Shown piece by piece: positions 27,170-40,009 of a stretch of DNA of 64,000 nucleotides; position 1 is the first letter of the stretch, and each line of letters starts with the position of its first letter. Under the pieces are notes generated by a model. It saw only the letters and a list, made by a program, of their open reading frames with translations, was not told the origin of the DNA and made no database searches. Source of the DNA: Chrysomallon squamiferum (taxonomy: Eukaryota > Animalia > Mollusca); NCBI GenBank assembly GCA_012295275.1, contig CM022672.1, positions 124,001 to 188,000 of the forward strand. Reading direction: 5' to 3'. The translations under genes and the position numbers were made by a program.

Positions 27170-27382
27170 ACGGGTGGCAGCAGACCAAGGGACCTGTCAT
27201 GTTCAGTGTGTGGAAAAGAATTCCCAAGTTCACTGAAATACAATTACCAGAATTTGAAACAACACATGCAGAAACACAGCAATTCCAGATTTGTTTGTCC
27301 TATGTGTGGCAAGAGCTACCTCTTCAAACCATCTTTATTTCGACACCAGAAACTTTGTACTTACAGAAAAATGAAATTTTAG
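27170..27382 (+). CDS. Alternative terminal exon Z13: C2H2 with a 17-residue loop + C2HC
   Basis: tattttcag| phase 0; CSVC GKEFPSSLKYNYQNLKQ HMQKH / CPMC..HQKLC. Confidence 0.87.
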   Translation, partial: TGGSRPRDLSCSVCGKEFPSSLKYNYQNLKQHMQKHSNSRFVCPMCGKSYLFKPSLFRHQKLCTYRKMKF

Positions 27383-27537
27383 TATTTGGAGAGAATATTT
27401 CATATTGTTTTGTTTTGGTTGATTGGTATTGACTTTGAATCTCAGTGTAATGTTCAGGTAGATTCTGGTAGAAGGACTAAAGTATAGATCTGGGTAGATG
27501 AGGATATTTCTTCTTAATCAGTATTGTGTCTTTTCAG

Positions 27538-27756
27538 AAAGTTGCCTCCAGGAAAAAGGACTTGATTTGCACGATATGTGGCAAAGTTTTCCCCAGGTCA
27601 TTGACATACAATTACCAGAATTTGAAACAGCATATGCAGAAACACAGTGAAGGGGGATTTCCCTGTAAAATGTGTGGTAAAGTGTTTTCTTTCAAAACTG
27701 CGGCAAAGAGGCATGAGGAATTTGCCTGCCATTGGCACTCCATTCTACCCAGTTAG
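27538..27756 (+). CDS. Alternative terminal exon Z14: C2H2 with a 17-residue loop + C2HC
   Basis: tcttttcag| phase 0; CTIC GKVFPRSLTYNYQNLKQ HMQKH / CKMC..HEEFAC. Confidence 0.87.
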   Translation, partial: KVASRKKDLICTICGKVFPRSLTYNYQNLKQHMQKHSEGGFPCKMCGKVFSFKTAAKRHEEFACHWHSILPS

Positions 27757-28970
27757 TTCTTTATGAGAAAGAACAGACTGAAACAAACCACACAACTTAC
27801 TTCAGTTTATATCTCGTGAAACTGTTTTTTTAAACTGTACAACATAAAAAATTAAAAATAACATGTTTTATTCTTTTATGCTGCAGTTTGATTAAGAGTA
27901 AAATCATGTTCTGGAGCTGTGTGAATCACTGCATTAAAACTACTTCATTTATACATATGTACATCAGTATGTTATTAAAACTGTAGAATTACATAGTGTT
28001 TGTTCTATGTGCTATACAGCTTATAGGAATGTATATATATAGTAAACATTATGAAGTTCCACATTTGTAAAAAAAAAGCCATTAATACCACATACATTCT
28101 GTTCACATACATAAGACATGATTAAGAAATCATATATTTTTACAGGACAAATAATGTTAACTACCAATTATAACACAGGAGCAAATAAAATTATTCTACT
28201 GATTATAACTATACTGTATTATAATTAAACCAGAAGTCACAAGAAAATGTCAGTAATAATTAAGATTGTTAAGTCACCAAATAACAGTAAACTTTTAACT
28301 ATGAGAATAGAAAATAATTCTTTTGTTCCACTGTATGAAGTCAAATGTCTGCAGGAGGAATGGATATACCCAAGACAGCGGTGTCACAAATACAGTACCT
28401 TACTGAAGACAAAACATAAAATGAATGCCAGTCAGATCTTGAAACTTGATTTTCATGAACTGCAATAATTACTTTACTGTTGGTAGCATATGTGCATAAA
28501 TGAATGTACAAAAACACTCTTACACACTATTTTAAAACAAATTCCAAAATTATTATTATTATTATTTTTTTTTTTTGTACCCTGAATACTGCATGGAAAC
28601 AATGTAATTTCTGTTTATTTTACCCTGAATACTGTCTCACAAAGTATCTGATTTATATTAGCCTTACCCTGAATACTGTTCTGACAGTGTGTAATTTATA
28701 TTAACCTTACCCTGAATACTGATGTAATTTATAGAAGTTTGATTTTTTTTGGAATTGTTTTTTGGATTTTTTTTGGCTCTTGCTACACTATAGCTTGTCT
28801 TGAATTTATCTAAGTCACATGGTTTGTAAATCACTATCAGTGTGTTGATGTGACAACTGAAGTAACTAGCAGAGCTCAACTATATTGTTTGCTGAAGTAA
28901 CTGCAAAAAAAATGTTATTGAGAGAATAAACCCAAGAAAAATCCCAATGATTTCTGTTCTATTTTTTCAG

Positions 28971-29189
28971 ACCTACGAGAAGGGGTTGTTGAATCCAACT
29001 TCACAGTCTGTTGAATGTAATGTTTGTGGCAAGACATTCCCTGCATCAATAAACCTAAAACAGCATATGCAGAAGCACGACCAGCGTTATCCTTGCTTGC
29101 TGTGTGGTCTCAGTTTCTCTTTCAAATCTGCCCTCAAGAGACACCAGCAGAAGACTTGTCCAGCACGAAGCTCATTCCCACAGATGTAA
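28971..29189 (+). CDS. Alternative terminal exon Z15: C2H2 + C2HC pair
   Basis: attttttcag| phase 0; CNVC..HMQKH / CLLC..HQQKTC. Confidence 0.88.
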   Translation, partial: TYEKGLLNPTSQSVECNVCGKTFPASINLKQHMQKHDQRYPCLLCGLSFSFKSALKRHQQKTCPARSSFPQM

Positions 29190-30868
29190 GACTCAGTAGA
29201 ACTTGTGTTTCTAACAGTGCCAGTTTTTGTTCACTGGACGTTTATCTCGTGGGTTATGTGAGGATTTTCTTGTACACATTACTTTCTGTTCTTTGGATGA
29301 CTGTAAATGTAATTGTTGTTAAATCTTGATACGGCCTAGCATTTGAGAGAAAAATTTTCTCAGCTAAGCTGAATATTCCCATTCCTCATGTTTTTATTTG
29401 GATATACCTGCCTTGTATTTCATGTCTACTAGTGCAAGCAAATCTTGCCTATATGTTCTTAACATTATAGATAATTATAGTAACTATAATAAGTATTTTA
29501 CAAAATACCACATATTCTAAAGGTTATTTTTGTTGAACACATTTTTTATAAATCTTTGATGACCATTAGAAGTATTATTCTGATAATATGTCCCAGTGGT
29601 TTCATGTTTCTTATTTTCTTAAGAGACTATAATGCATTACCACAGCAAGTTCTGGTTGAGTCAACTTCATCTGAAAATGAAATCCTGGAATAGAATTAAA
29701 TTTGAAGCTTCTGTATGATGTGTTCAGTTTGTGGTGTGAATGTGTAGTGATTTTCATTGTTGTGTAGACTTGTATATTTGTGTTTTTGTTGTAGCCTGTG
29801 ATCAGTTTATATTGTGTACTAAAGTGGCAAACAGAAGATCTCTTCTGTAGAAGAGAATTTTGGAACATTAACTTGTGTTTGACGTTTTTTTCCTGTTTTA
29901 CTGATGACTGTTTAAAGATTTTTTTTTTTTGAACAAGAGAATATCTTTGCTGCAAAACATTGACCATACAACTATTGCTAATTAAAGTAGCATAAAAATA
30001 TAATGATAATGAACCAGTTAAAATATAATTATTAATGGATATAATTGCCAAAACAAATATAACAACTCGGTAGTAAGTTCAAATTAACTGTTTTTGAATT
30101 TATTTGTTTACTGCTGTTACTAGTAATTTCACTTGACTTACTTTACACTGTGTTCACTTCAGTGCTAATTTCAATTTGATAGTTGTAACTTGAATTTTCT
30201 GCATTTTCAAGGACTGAATCCCTGATAAAGATTTCCTGCATTCACCTTGGTACAATTTTGTGGGTGTGTGTGTGGAAGAAGATTACAGACTGTTGTGTGC
30301 ATGGAAGAAGATTACAGACTAGTACTCCATGTAGTATCAGTTGTTTAATGTTTTATAAAATTTTCTTCTTACAATTTATGGGGTGGGTGGAACAGTTCAA
30401 GTTCAAGATGAATAACTTCAGATGGCAATGAACCTTGCTGACAGGGTTTGTTTTACTTCTTAAAATATTACAAACCCCCACTCCCATTATTTTTACTTTG
30501 ATAATAAATACTGCGATTTATAAAGATTTATTTTTCAGTTATTATATTTGTTGCTTTAACATAACCATTTTTATATTATAATCTTTCTGAAAGCAGATAC
30601 AGAAAAATCCTAAATACTAATTAAAGATGTAATTAAAAATCATACAAAAATGATATTTCTGTGATATTTATATAACTGGAGCACATTACACTTTAAGACT
30701 ACTGTGATACACAATTTTGCACAGGAGTTGCTGTTTGCAGTATTGATGAAGATTCTGTTGATTGTGCTATTATAATTTCCATGGCATATCCAAAGTAGTT
30801 GCACCTGTTTATTTTAAGGCAGTGTTTTAATGGCAGTTCTAAAGTAGGTTCTACTCTGTTTGTTTCAG

Positions 30869-31072
30869 GTTAAAAGTGACAAGGGATTGGATTTGATGTG
30901 TCCTGTTTGTGACAGAGTGTTCCCTCCATCTAAACGAACATACATTTATCAGCACATGGAAAAACACAATGAGAGAGGCTACGTCTGTGAAACATGCAAT
31001 AAACGTTTTTCATTCAAGTCTTCACTAAAACGACACATTCAGAAATTCTGTATATCAAAAATGTTTAATTGA
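30869..31072 (+). CDS. Alternative terminal exon Z16: C2H2 with a 14-residue loop + C2HC
   Basis: ttgtttcag| phase 0; CPVC DRVFPPSKRTYIYQ HMEKH / CETC..HIQKFC. Confidence 0.87.
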   Translation, partial: VKSDKGLDLMCPVCDRVFPPSKRTYIYQHMEKHNERGYVCETCNKRFSFKSSLKRHIQKFCISKMFN

Positions 31073-31407
31073 GTCATTTTTGGTAACAGTCTGTTTTACT
31101 ACAAATGTAAACTATTCCTATCATGTTCAATAGTATTTTTCTGTAAAATCAAGAACTAGGAAAGTTTGAGATAGTACAGACATTTATGTTCAAATTGGAA
31201 ATTGGTTTGTGAAGTAGCTTTATCCCTTTTCAGTTTTCAACAGCTAATTTATCTTCATAAATTAATTATTTCAAATGATCTCTGAAATTCAATAAATTTA
31301 TAGACCAAATAAGCATTATAATATTTCATAGTATATAGAGAAAGAACTATTGCAATGAATTAATCCATTTCTAAATTTATTTCAAGCTGATGAACCCTCC
31401 ATCTAAC

Positions 31408-31980
31408 ATGCTTAGCAAGAAAAGGTTTTTCAAGACATTGATGAAGAGGGCCAGATGACTTTTTACTGACAGTTGTAGGCCTTAGTTAAAAACAAATAAA
31501 ATAAAAAGGAGACACTAATAATTATTATTTGATAGTGAGAGGGAGGTGCTGAGAAAAATACTTTATATAGTTTTTTCAATTTTAATTTTTTTTTTTGATA
31601 TGTGTCTGGAAGAGGCATTCTACAATGAATTCTGTTCTTGATTAAATACAAAATAACAGTTACTAAATAGCTCATTCTGTGTCAAATCAGCCCCCACATT
31701 TTAATCTCACCATCTTATATTTTTCTGAAATTTGGTACAACATAGCATAACTAGCACAGATCTTAACTGGTGCAGTAGTTTTGAAGTTTTAAAGAGCCCT
31801 GAAATTTTGGAATTGTGCTTCTAAAATGGATGTGAACACCACTTTTAATACCATTCTATTTTTGTAAACACTAGATTTTTAATAACTGAAAGCTAATTTG
31901 ATAAAGATTCCAAATCTGTCATTAATTTCTTTTTGGATAAATTCATCAATGTCTTGAAAAACCTTTTCTTGCTTAGCATT
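31408..31980. repeat. ~35-bp inverted repeat pair about 500 bp apart (possible MITE ends)
   Basis: gcaagaaaaggttttttcaagacattgatgaa (~31415-31445) versus ttcatcaatgtcttgaaaaaccttttcttgc (~31942-31972). Confidence 0.65.
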
Positions 31981-34304
31981 TGGGTAAGCTAGCTAAATTT
32001 TGCTGATCTTAAATTTGATCTTGTGGTCCACATTTCCACAAAAATATCTAAAGTCTAAATTAAACACCAAGATGTTACCTACAACATACAAAACTCCAAA
32101 CAAGTTATATTTTTAGTTAAGTAGCAAATTCAAAGATGGTGACATTAAACTCGATGGGTGATGTCCCAATTGTTACATGTATATAAAAATTCTATAAATT
32201 AAGAAATTGATCTATAAAAAAAAAGTAAATAAATGAAACAATATAAATCCCAAACAAATCAGAAGATACAAACTACATAAATAATAATGTTCAAACAAGC
32301 ATAATATTACAGTAATTTGATATTTACAATTCAATAAGACGTGTATGTTTACAAAAGTATTTACTATCAAAAATGTTGATAAACATTTTTGATAAAGTTC
32401 AGGCTACCTAATTTGAAAGTGGATGAAACGTAAGTCATACTATCATGTTCAGTTACATGAAAGCATATATTAATAGAGATATGCCAGCCATTAAGTTTTG
32501 GTGTATTTATATTTACACTATTACATGTCAGTAACCACGATGTATGTATGAGTGACCACAATTTCTAGCATGTTTTACTATGTCCAGTCATGCAGTGAAT
32601 TACATGTGATATAATTTCTAAGTGCACAGAAGGAAAAATTGAGAACCAATGAAAGTTTCTTTTGAATTGAACTTCGCAGGATTCCCATGATTTATTCAAC
32701 TAAAATAGAAATTCCAAAGCTGTTGTAGTTGTTATTTACATGTCATGTGTATGAAGTAACTTAAATAAACTATCTTTTCAAGTTTTGTCTGTGCAATTGT
32801 GTTTATTTTAATTTTTACAGTCAGTGAACTGAGCTGAACAGACTTTGTCTGCTTTCTTCACTTGTTGATAGACTTGTTACATGTTACATTCTTATTGACA
32901 TGCTTAGAAACATTTTGATTTGTTTTTGTTATTAGTTTGTCAGGTTAATTTGCATCATTTTACTCCAGATTTTTCAATAACTGTCAGCTTGAGAAATAAA
33001 TGTGTTCAGTGATAATAGATTTTGTAGTTCCAAAAACCATTGCAAGTGCTACAATAACAGTTAAAAATTTACCCCTACAACCAAAAGCATGTTCCAAGAC
33101 ATTAATTTAAAAATCAGTGAAAGCTGCAGTTAATAATTACAATACATCTCCAAGATTCCCAGTTGTACATTTGAAGCTCTTAAAGATGTGTGTATATGTG
33201 CTTACTGGATAAAGCATATTTCATAGATTAGGGAATTCAACTTGTTCTCTTTCTGTTATTTTATTTAACTTAATGTTAAAAAGTTACAGCCACTCTCTTT
33301 CATAGCATTATTTCCTAATGTAAATCAATAACAAATATCTCTTTTTATTTATTTTTTAATTTTTTTAAACTTAAAAAAATCTATTACTCATTATATGCAT
33401 TGTTGAAGAAAAACAACAACAGAAAACCTCATGAAAAAACGAACAAAGAGCAAAATAAAAACGATTAATAAACCCCATCTATGTGTAAATTCTTAAAATA
33501 TAATGAGACTTTGGGTGAATTAATTAGTTTTAGTTATTCTAATCTTCAAAATATTTTCTCTGTAAATATTTTGGGTAACCATGAAGCTGTGTCCGATATG
33601 TATATTCATAAAACTAAATTTAAATTACTCATTTTATTTGTAGGGTGGAGAGAGACAAAATTCAAATAAAATCAGATACAGCTGATATTCTTTAAACAGT
33701 GCCATAGAGCACTAATTCAAAATAATAGAGATGGCTCTAAAACTTCTGTAGGAATATTATCTTCCTTAGCCACTTTGCCAGGAAACATCATTACAGTCAA
33801 CTTCAGTATAACCTGATAACCATGTTAACATGTAGCAGAATTGTGTTACTACAGAGGAGAAAACACAAAGACTTGATGGGTTAAACTAATGTTAACTGTT
33901 AGATGTCATATGCAAGTATTAGCTGTGTATACATAAGTATTAACTGTCAGTGTCATTTATAAATAATAACAATCATGGTTATGTATAAGTAGCTGCCACT
34001 ATTATTTATGAATTGTGAGCATCATCATTTTATGTAATATAACATTAACACTTGTTGCTACATATAAAAACTAGTATTGTCTGCTAAACATGAAAAACAA
34101 TTCTCAGGTATATATAAATACGTATTACTGTCACTGTCACATGCTAATTATATATTACATGCATAAATAAATATCAGCTCGTAATGTATTTGATACTTTA
34201 TATACATGCACACAACCATACACACAAACACACACACACACACACACACAAAGCAGTTACTGAAAAAGAGGCAGATCAAACCAGGGTATATTGTTTACTT
34301 TCAG

Positions 34305-34505
34305 GTGGATAGGCAGGTGGAAGTGCTGACCTGCAGTGTTTGTAGGAAGGAGTTTCCAGCTATATTCAATCTGAAACAACACATGCAGAAACACTGTGAA
34401 GCCAAGTTTCCATGTATCTTGTGTGGAAAACTGTTTTCTTTCAAAGCTGCTGCAAAAAGACACATGCTAAAATACTGTAGTTTCCGATCTCAGTTGTTCA
34501 GTTAG
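34305..34505 (+). CDS. Alternative terminal exon Z17: C2H2 + C2HC pair
   Basis: ttactttcag| phase 0; CSVC..HMQKH / CILC..HMLKYC. Confidence 0.88.
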   Translation: MDRQVEVLTCSVCRKEFPAIFNLKQHMQKHCEAKFPCILCGKLFSFKAAAKRHMLKYCSFRSQLFS

Positions 34506-35460
34506 CAGAAATGTTAATGTTTAAGACTTCAGATGTATAATACATTTATGTGAATAGAAAAATTACCATAATGCAAGTGCATTAAAGATTATCATTAAAA
34601 CATTAGCAGAAAATATAAAAAAAAAAAAAAAAAAAATTTTTTTTTAAATTCTGAATTGTTGGTGATATACAGCAGGAAAATATTTTATTCATATTTCTGT
34701 TTCATTTTTAATGTTTATAGAGAATAACACAATGACTTTGGAACCAGAATGTTTTTATTGACGTTTAGTACACACACAACTTAAAGTTTTTTATTTTTTA
34801 TCAGGCTTGGACAGATTCCTGGTAAGCACTTTTGATTTTGTTGAAATCTAACAACTGTCCACACTGTTTCTCTTAGACACTTAGACATAGCCTCATACAA
34901 ACATTTACCTGTACACTTTCTTCTCACACTAGTGATAGAGTAAGATAGATTATTTATTAATTAGTTAACAGGATGTCATGCAAAAGCCTTCTTTAACTGA
35001 TAAATTACCCACACATTTGTTGAAAATATGAAATATTTGTTATTAAATATCAGGTCCTGTTCACATTTATATAAAAAGGCATTATATTCCTTCTTTTTTA
35101 TGTTATATCAAACTGGCAAACAATTTTCAGTAAAAAGCAAAACGTGTGCAAACTGGAAAAATAATGTTGTCTCCAACCATTTTACCAATTTGAATCCAGC
35201 ATGATTATTATTTTAAAACTTTGTCATGTCTTGCTAAACTTTGTTATCAGTGATTTAAACTTTTTCACTGATATTGATATAATTATGATAATATTAGACT
35301 CAAGCTATTGTCCATTTTGGTACAAAAATTTGTTTTTTGTTTTAGTAATCAAATTAACCCATGAAGTATATGTTTGTTGTATGATTGTTTTTATCTATTT
35401 ATTTAACAAACATGAAACACAGATTGACATCCACTATATAAAACTCTATTTGTATTTCAG

Positions 35461-35655
35461 GAGACTTCTACTCATGGCAGCTTTGTGTGTTCTCTGTGTG
35501 CCAAACTATTCCCTGCCATTTATAACTTAAAACAACATATGCAGAAGCACAGCCAGTTGGGATTCTCCTGTGTTTTATGTCATGCAAACTTCAGATTTAA
35601 ATCTAGTCTCCATCGTCACCAAAAAGCAACCTGTCCATTCCGTATAAAACACTAG
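35461..35655 (+). CDS. Alternative terminal exon Z18: C2H2 + C2HC pair; absent from the ORF track
   Basis: tgtatttcag| phase 0: ETSTHGSFVCSLCAKLFPAIYNLKQHMQKHSQLGFSCVLCHANFRFKSSLHRHQKATCPFRIKH*. Confidence 0.88.
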   Translation, partial: ETSTHGSFVCSLCAKLFPAIYNLKQHMQKHSQLGFSCVLCHANFRFKSSLHRHQKATCPFRIKH

Positions 35656-36428
35656 TGTATTATCAGTTCCTTTTCACATTATATTTAATGTCCATTTTAT
35701 AAATGACATTAGTACACCAATGTCATGTACAACGTCAGTTCATTAGTACATTGTTGATACAGCATTCAAAGTCAGTACATTGGAAGAATGTACAACACAT
35801 GAAGTACAAAGTTAATGCACAGGTACAACATCAGTAAAACATAAAAGGTCAACATTAGTAGAATATTAATATTAAGTACAAAGGCAGTATATTGGTACAA
35901 CATGATACATCAACATTGTTAATAGGTTGATGAATAGTCAGTATACAGTGTCAGTATCTGACACATCAGCAAGGTGTTAACAGGTTGTCACAAATGAAAC
36001 TTATAAAACAAGATATCTTTTATCTAAAATATGTTGCTGGGGCATTACTTAAAGTGGTACTTAGGTAGGTGGGGTAGTGGTATAAAACATTTTTAGTTCT
36101 GTATTCTCAGAGCAGTTTGAACTGAAAACAATTTTTTGGTTTGATAGTAGAGTCTCATAAATTAATCCATTGTTGTATATAAATAGCTGTAGTTCAGATT
36201 TTGATTATGATGATAATAAAGGTTTCTACACATTGAGTTGACATTGTTTCTGTTTTAAATTAACATTGTGTTTAATGGTCATATTTATAAATGGCAGAAG
36301 TTTCAGTGATGGATCATATAAATGTGTGTTTAAATGAATTCTTCTGTTTTATTTTCAGAGTACATTACAGTTTTATTTACAGGGTTTAATGTAAATTTAT
36401 TGGAAACATCAAATTGTTTTACTTTCAG

Positions 36429-36602
36429 GGTTCAGCCAACCCAACATGTCCAGTTTGTGGTAAGAAGTTCCATGCTTTAATCAATGTGAGACAGCACATG
36501 GAGAAACACAGTGCATCTCGCTTTCCTTGTCGTAAATGTGGAGCCAGCTTTTCTTTCAAATCAAGTCTGTATCGACATATCAAGCGTTGTGTTTATTCTT
36601 AA
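36429..36602 (+). CDS. Alternative terminal exon Z19: C2H2 + C2HC pair
   Basis: ttactttcag| phase 0; CPVC..HMEKH / CRKC..HIKRC. Confidence 0.88.
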   Translation, partial: GSANPTCPVCGKKFHALINVRQHMEKHSASRFPCRKCGASFSFKSSLYRHIKRCVYS

Positions 36603-37904
36603 CCCATGATGAATAACCACTGAAAACTATATGAACCATATAGTAATCTGGATATTTGAATATAAAACAAAGGCCAAGAATAAGATACCAGTTTATACCT
36701 GAAATTCATTTATATTTCATATAGTGATGGATTGCAGGCAGTTTTGTGTAATGTGTAAAACTACTTTGGGCATAAAATGAAATTTGAGCACACAAAACAA
36801 TATATGAAACCTTCAAGTTACCTGGGCTGCTCAAGAAAGGTTATGAATAAGGAATCCTCAAGCTGAACTAATTCATTGAGAATTAGACTTGTTATTGGTG
36901 AGCCCTGTGGTTCAGTCATCACCAAAACTAAGATACTCGTGGTGTTTTCAGTTCTATTTATGTTTCTATAAAGCTTTATTCTGTTGCAGCTTCTTTACCA
37001 CAAGAACAAAAAACTAATAAGAATGAGTGAAGACATTTCAACACATTTTAGTATTCAGACTTACCATCTGTCACACAAATATAATATAATAGTGGTTAGA
37101 GAAAGAAACTGGTTGACTGAGATTTACAACATTACTCATCAATTCTTATAAGGAATCACTCTATTGCAGCTCTGGCTAGAACTGGAAGTATTACAACAAG
37201 TACATTATAAAGAACTCACATTACTGTAAAGGAATGATTATACTCAATTAACTGTAAATTGTTGATAAACCTGAATATTAGATATTTATGACAAACTGCA
37301 CATACTAATGTTATAATGTTTATATTTTACAATAAAAGTAATCTGCTCTCTCTGGTGTTTTTTTTTTTCTTTTTTTTTATTTTTTATTTTTTTATCTTTC
37401 CAACTTGAAAAATATTCAATTTTGATTGCTTATGTTAGGGTAATTTATCTAGTGTGACTGATAGGTGGAAGATTTGCCCTGCTGACAGCATGAAATTTCT
37501 TATGATAATATTTTAAAAGAGACAAATCCAAATTTAAAAGAAGTCATACTGGCAGAAGTACTAGTTCAAAATCCCACCAGGGGCAAGAAGTTTGTAGTGA
37601 AGTTTCAAAAGGATTACCTATAGGTGTCTTAACCCAATCTATCAATCATACATTAATAAATTTCTTTGCTAAAGCAGCAGAAATCTCTATCAATCAACAG
37701 CAGACATGATCCTTTAATAGAAAATGACAAAAACAAACAAATGGGTCTTAAGAACTGACTACTCTTCTCTTGTCACACAAAAGCCAATAAAGTACCAAAT
37801 GACCAGCTGTGTTACTTGATCTGTGATATTTTTGGTGTGGTCATTATATCCTCAGCTGGCTTTTTAAAAAATAAAACTACAAAGATGTATTTCTCTGTAT
37901 TCAG

Positions 37905-38172
37905 TATTTTATCTCATACATCACTGTCTGACTACATCATCTCATACACATCACTACCAGACTACTTCATCTCATACACTTCACTATCAGACTATTTTAT
38001 CTCATACATCACTATCAAACTACTTCATTTCATACACATCACTACAGACTACTTCATTTCATACTCATCGCTATCAGACTGCTTCCTCTAATAATAGCTA
38101 TCAGACTGCTTCATTTCATACATCACTATCAGACTACTTCATGTCATACATCACTATCAGACTACTTTATTT
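37905..38172 (+). repeat. Minisatellite, left arm (~28-30 bp unit catacacatcactatcagactacttcatct)
   Basis: About 9 degenerate tandem copies; reverse complement of the 38750-39680 array. Confidence 0.85.
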
Positions 38173-38292
38173 CATTAATTAACCACACTCTAATAGCTCT
38201 CAGTGTGACAGCTGCTTTCTCCTTCATAATTAATATTTAAATGAAACATACAAGTAATTATTTATTTACTTTAATTTTGTTTACTTTGACAG

Positions 38293-38339
38293 ACGCAAAT
38301 TAAAGAAGAATATAAAGATGAGCTGACTCTGACACAACA
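38293..38339 (+). CDS. 47-nt internal adaptor exon (phase 0 in, phase 2 out): TQIKEEYKDELTLTQ
   Basis: Acceptor ttttgtttactttgacag ends at 38292; donor CA|gtaagt at 38340; frame open; supplies the phase needed by Z20 and Z21. Confidence 0.75.
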
Positions 38340-38749
38340 GTAAGTATATTCACGTTCTTCCGTTTTCTTTTTTTCCACAGAAATATTTAATTTCTAACAT
38401 ACAGCCAAACCAACCAAATCACACAAAAGGACCCACAAGAAGACAATTATATAATAATAAATACAATATTAAATAAAATTAATGAAAATATATGTAACAA
38501 TAAATATTTTAAAATATATAAATAAATAATACAAAAATAAACATGAAAACAATTTGAACATTTCATTGTTTTGTTCACAACATTGTCATTTTCCTTTAAT
38601 ACCTGTATACCTTCCTTATTTTAAGCACAGCAAAAAAAAATAAATAAAATAAAATAAACAAAATAAATAAATAAATAAAATTTAGTATTAGTTGAATATT
38701 TTGCTGATAAATCTGTTTTTATTTTTACGATATCATAGGCTACTTGAAT

Positions 38750-39680
38750 TGTCTGATTGTGATGTATGAAAATACTATTGTGTGATAGTGATCTATGAGA
38801 TAAAGTAGTCTGACAGTATTGTGTATAAGATAGTCTCATAGTGATGTGTGTGAGATAAAGTAGTCTGACAGTATTGTGTATGAGATAGTCTCATAGTGAT
38901 GTGTGAGACAAAGTAGTCTGACAGTGATGTGTATGAGACAAATTAGTTTCACAGTGATGTGTATGAGACAAAGTAGTCTGACAGTGATGTGTATGAGACA
39001 AAGTAGTCTGACAGTAATGTGTATAAGATAAAGTAGTCTGGCAGTATTGTGTATGAGATAGTCTCATTGTGATGTGTATGAGACAAGGTAGTCTGACAGT
39101 GATGTGTATGAGACAAATTAGTTTCACAGTGATGTGTATGAGACAAAGTAGTCTGACAGTAACATGTATGAGATAGTCTCATAGTGATGTGTATGAGACA
39201 AAGTAGTTTGACAGTAATGTGTATGAGATAGTCTCATAGTAATGTGTATGAGACAAGGTAGTCTGATAGTAATGTGTATGAGAAGGTAGTCTGATAGTAA
39301 TGTGTATGAGATAAAGTAGTCTGACAGTGATGTGTATGAGACAAATTAGTCTCACAGTCATGTCATATGAGATAGTCTCATTGTGATGTGTATGAGACAA
39401 AGTAGTCTGACAGTAATGTGTATGAGATAAAGTAGTCTGACAGTGATGTGTATGAGACAAAGTAGTCTGACAGTAATGTGTATGAGACGAAGTAGTCTGT
39501 AGTGATATTTATGAAATAAATATATTGATAGTGATATGAATGAGATAAAGTACTTTGACAGTGATGTGTATGAGATTGTCTCATACATATCACTATGAGA
39601 CAAAATAGACTGACAGTGATGTATACGAGATCACGTAGCATGACAGTAATGTATATGAGATGAAGTAGTCTGTGAAATGA
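38750..39680 (-). repeat. Minisatellite, right arm (~30 bp unit gtgatgtgtatgagacaaagtagtctgaca)
   Basis: Roughly 30 tandem copies with variants; inverted relative to 37905-38172. Confidence 0.9.
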
Positions 39681-40009
39681 TCTGGACAGTGTACAAAGAA
39701 GTTAAAAAAGAAAACAATGATGGACATTTCTCATTAACTCTTAGTTTAAATTGTTTGTCTGAAATCTGTATCAGATGGAGTATTTTAAAATCATGTGAAA
39801 TAGTTTGAGACAGCATGTGTGGTGTGTATGACAGAAAGAAGTCTCACTCTGTATCAGATGAAGTGTTGTTGTCTAGGTGTACCTGGAAACTTATATATGT
39901 GTATGTATGTGGTAATATTTTCTTGATCTATTTCATAATATAGCCTTGATGTACTGATGAAGGTGACAGACAGCTTTATAAATAATATAATCATTGATGT
40001 ATATATACC

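Noticed and set aside
34805-34821. Possible 17-nt micro-exon with a good acceptor and CTG|gtaagc donor
   Set aside because: Phase-2 exit creates TGA when joined to Z20 or Z21 and frameshifts Z18/Z19; no productive model, though a poison exon cannot be excluded without RNA data
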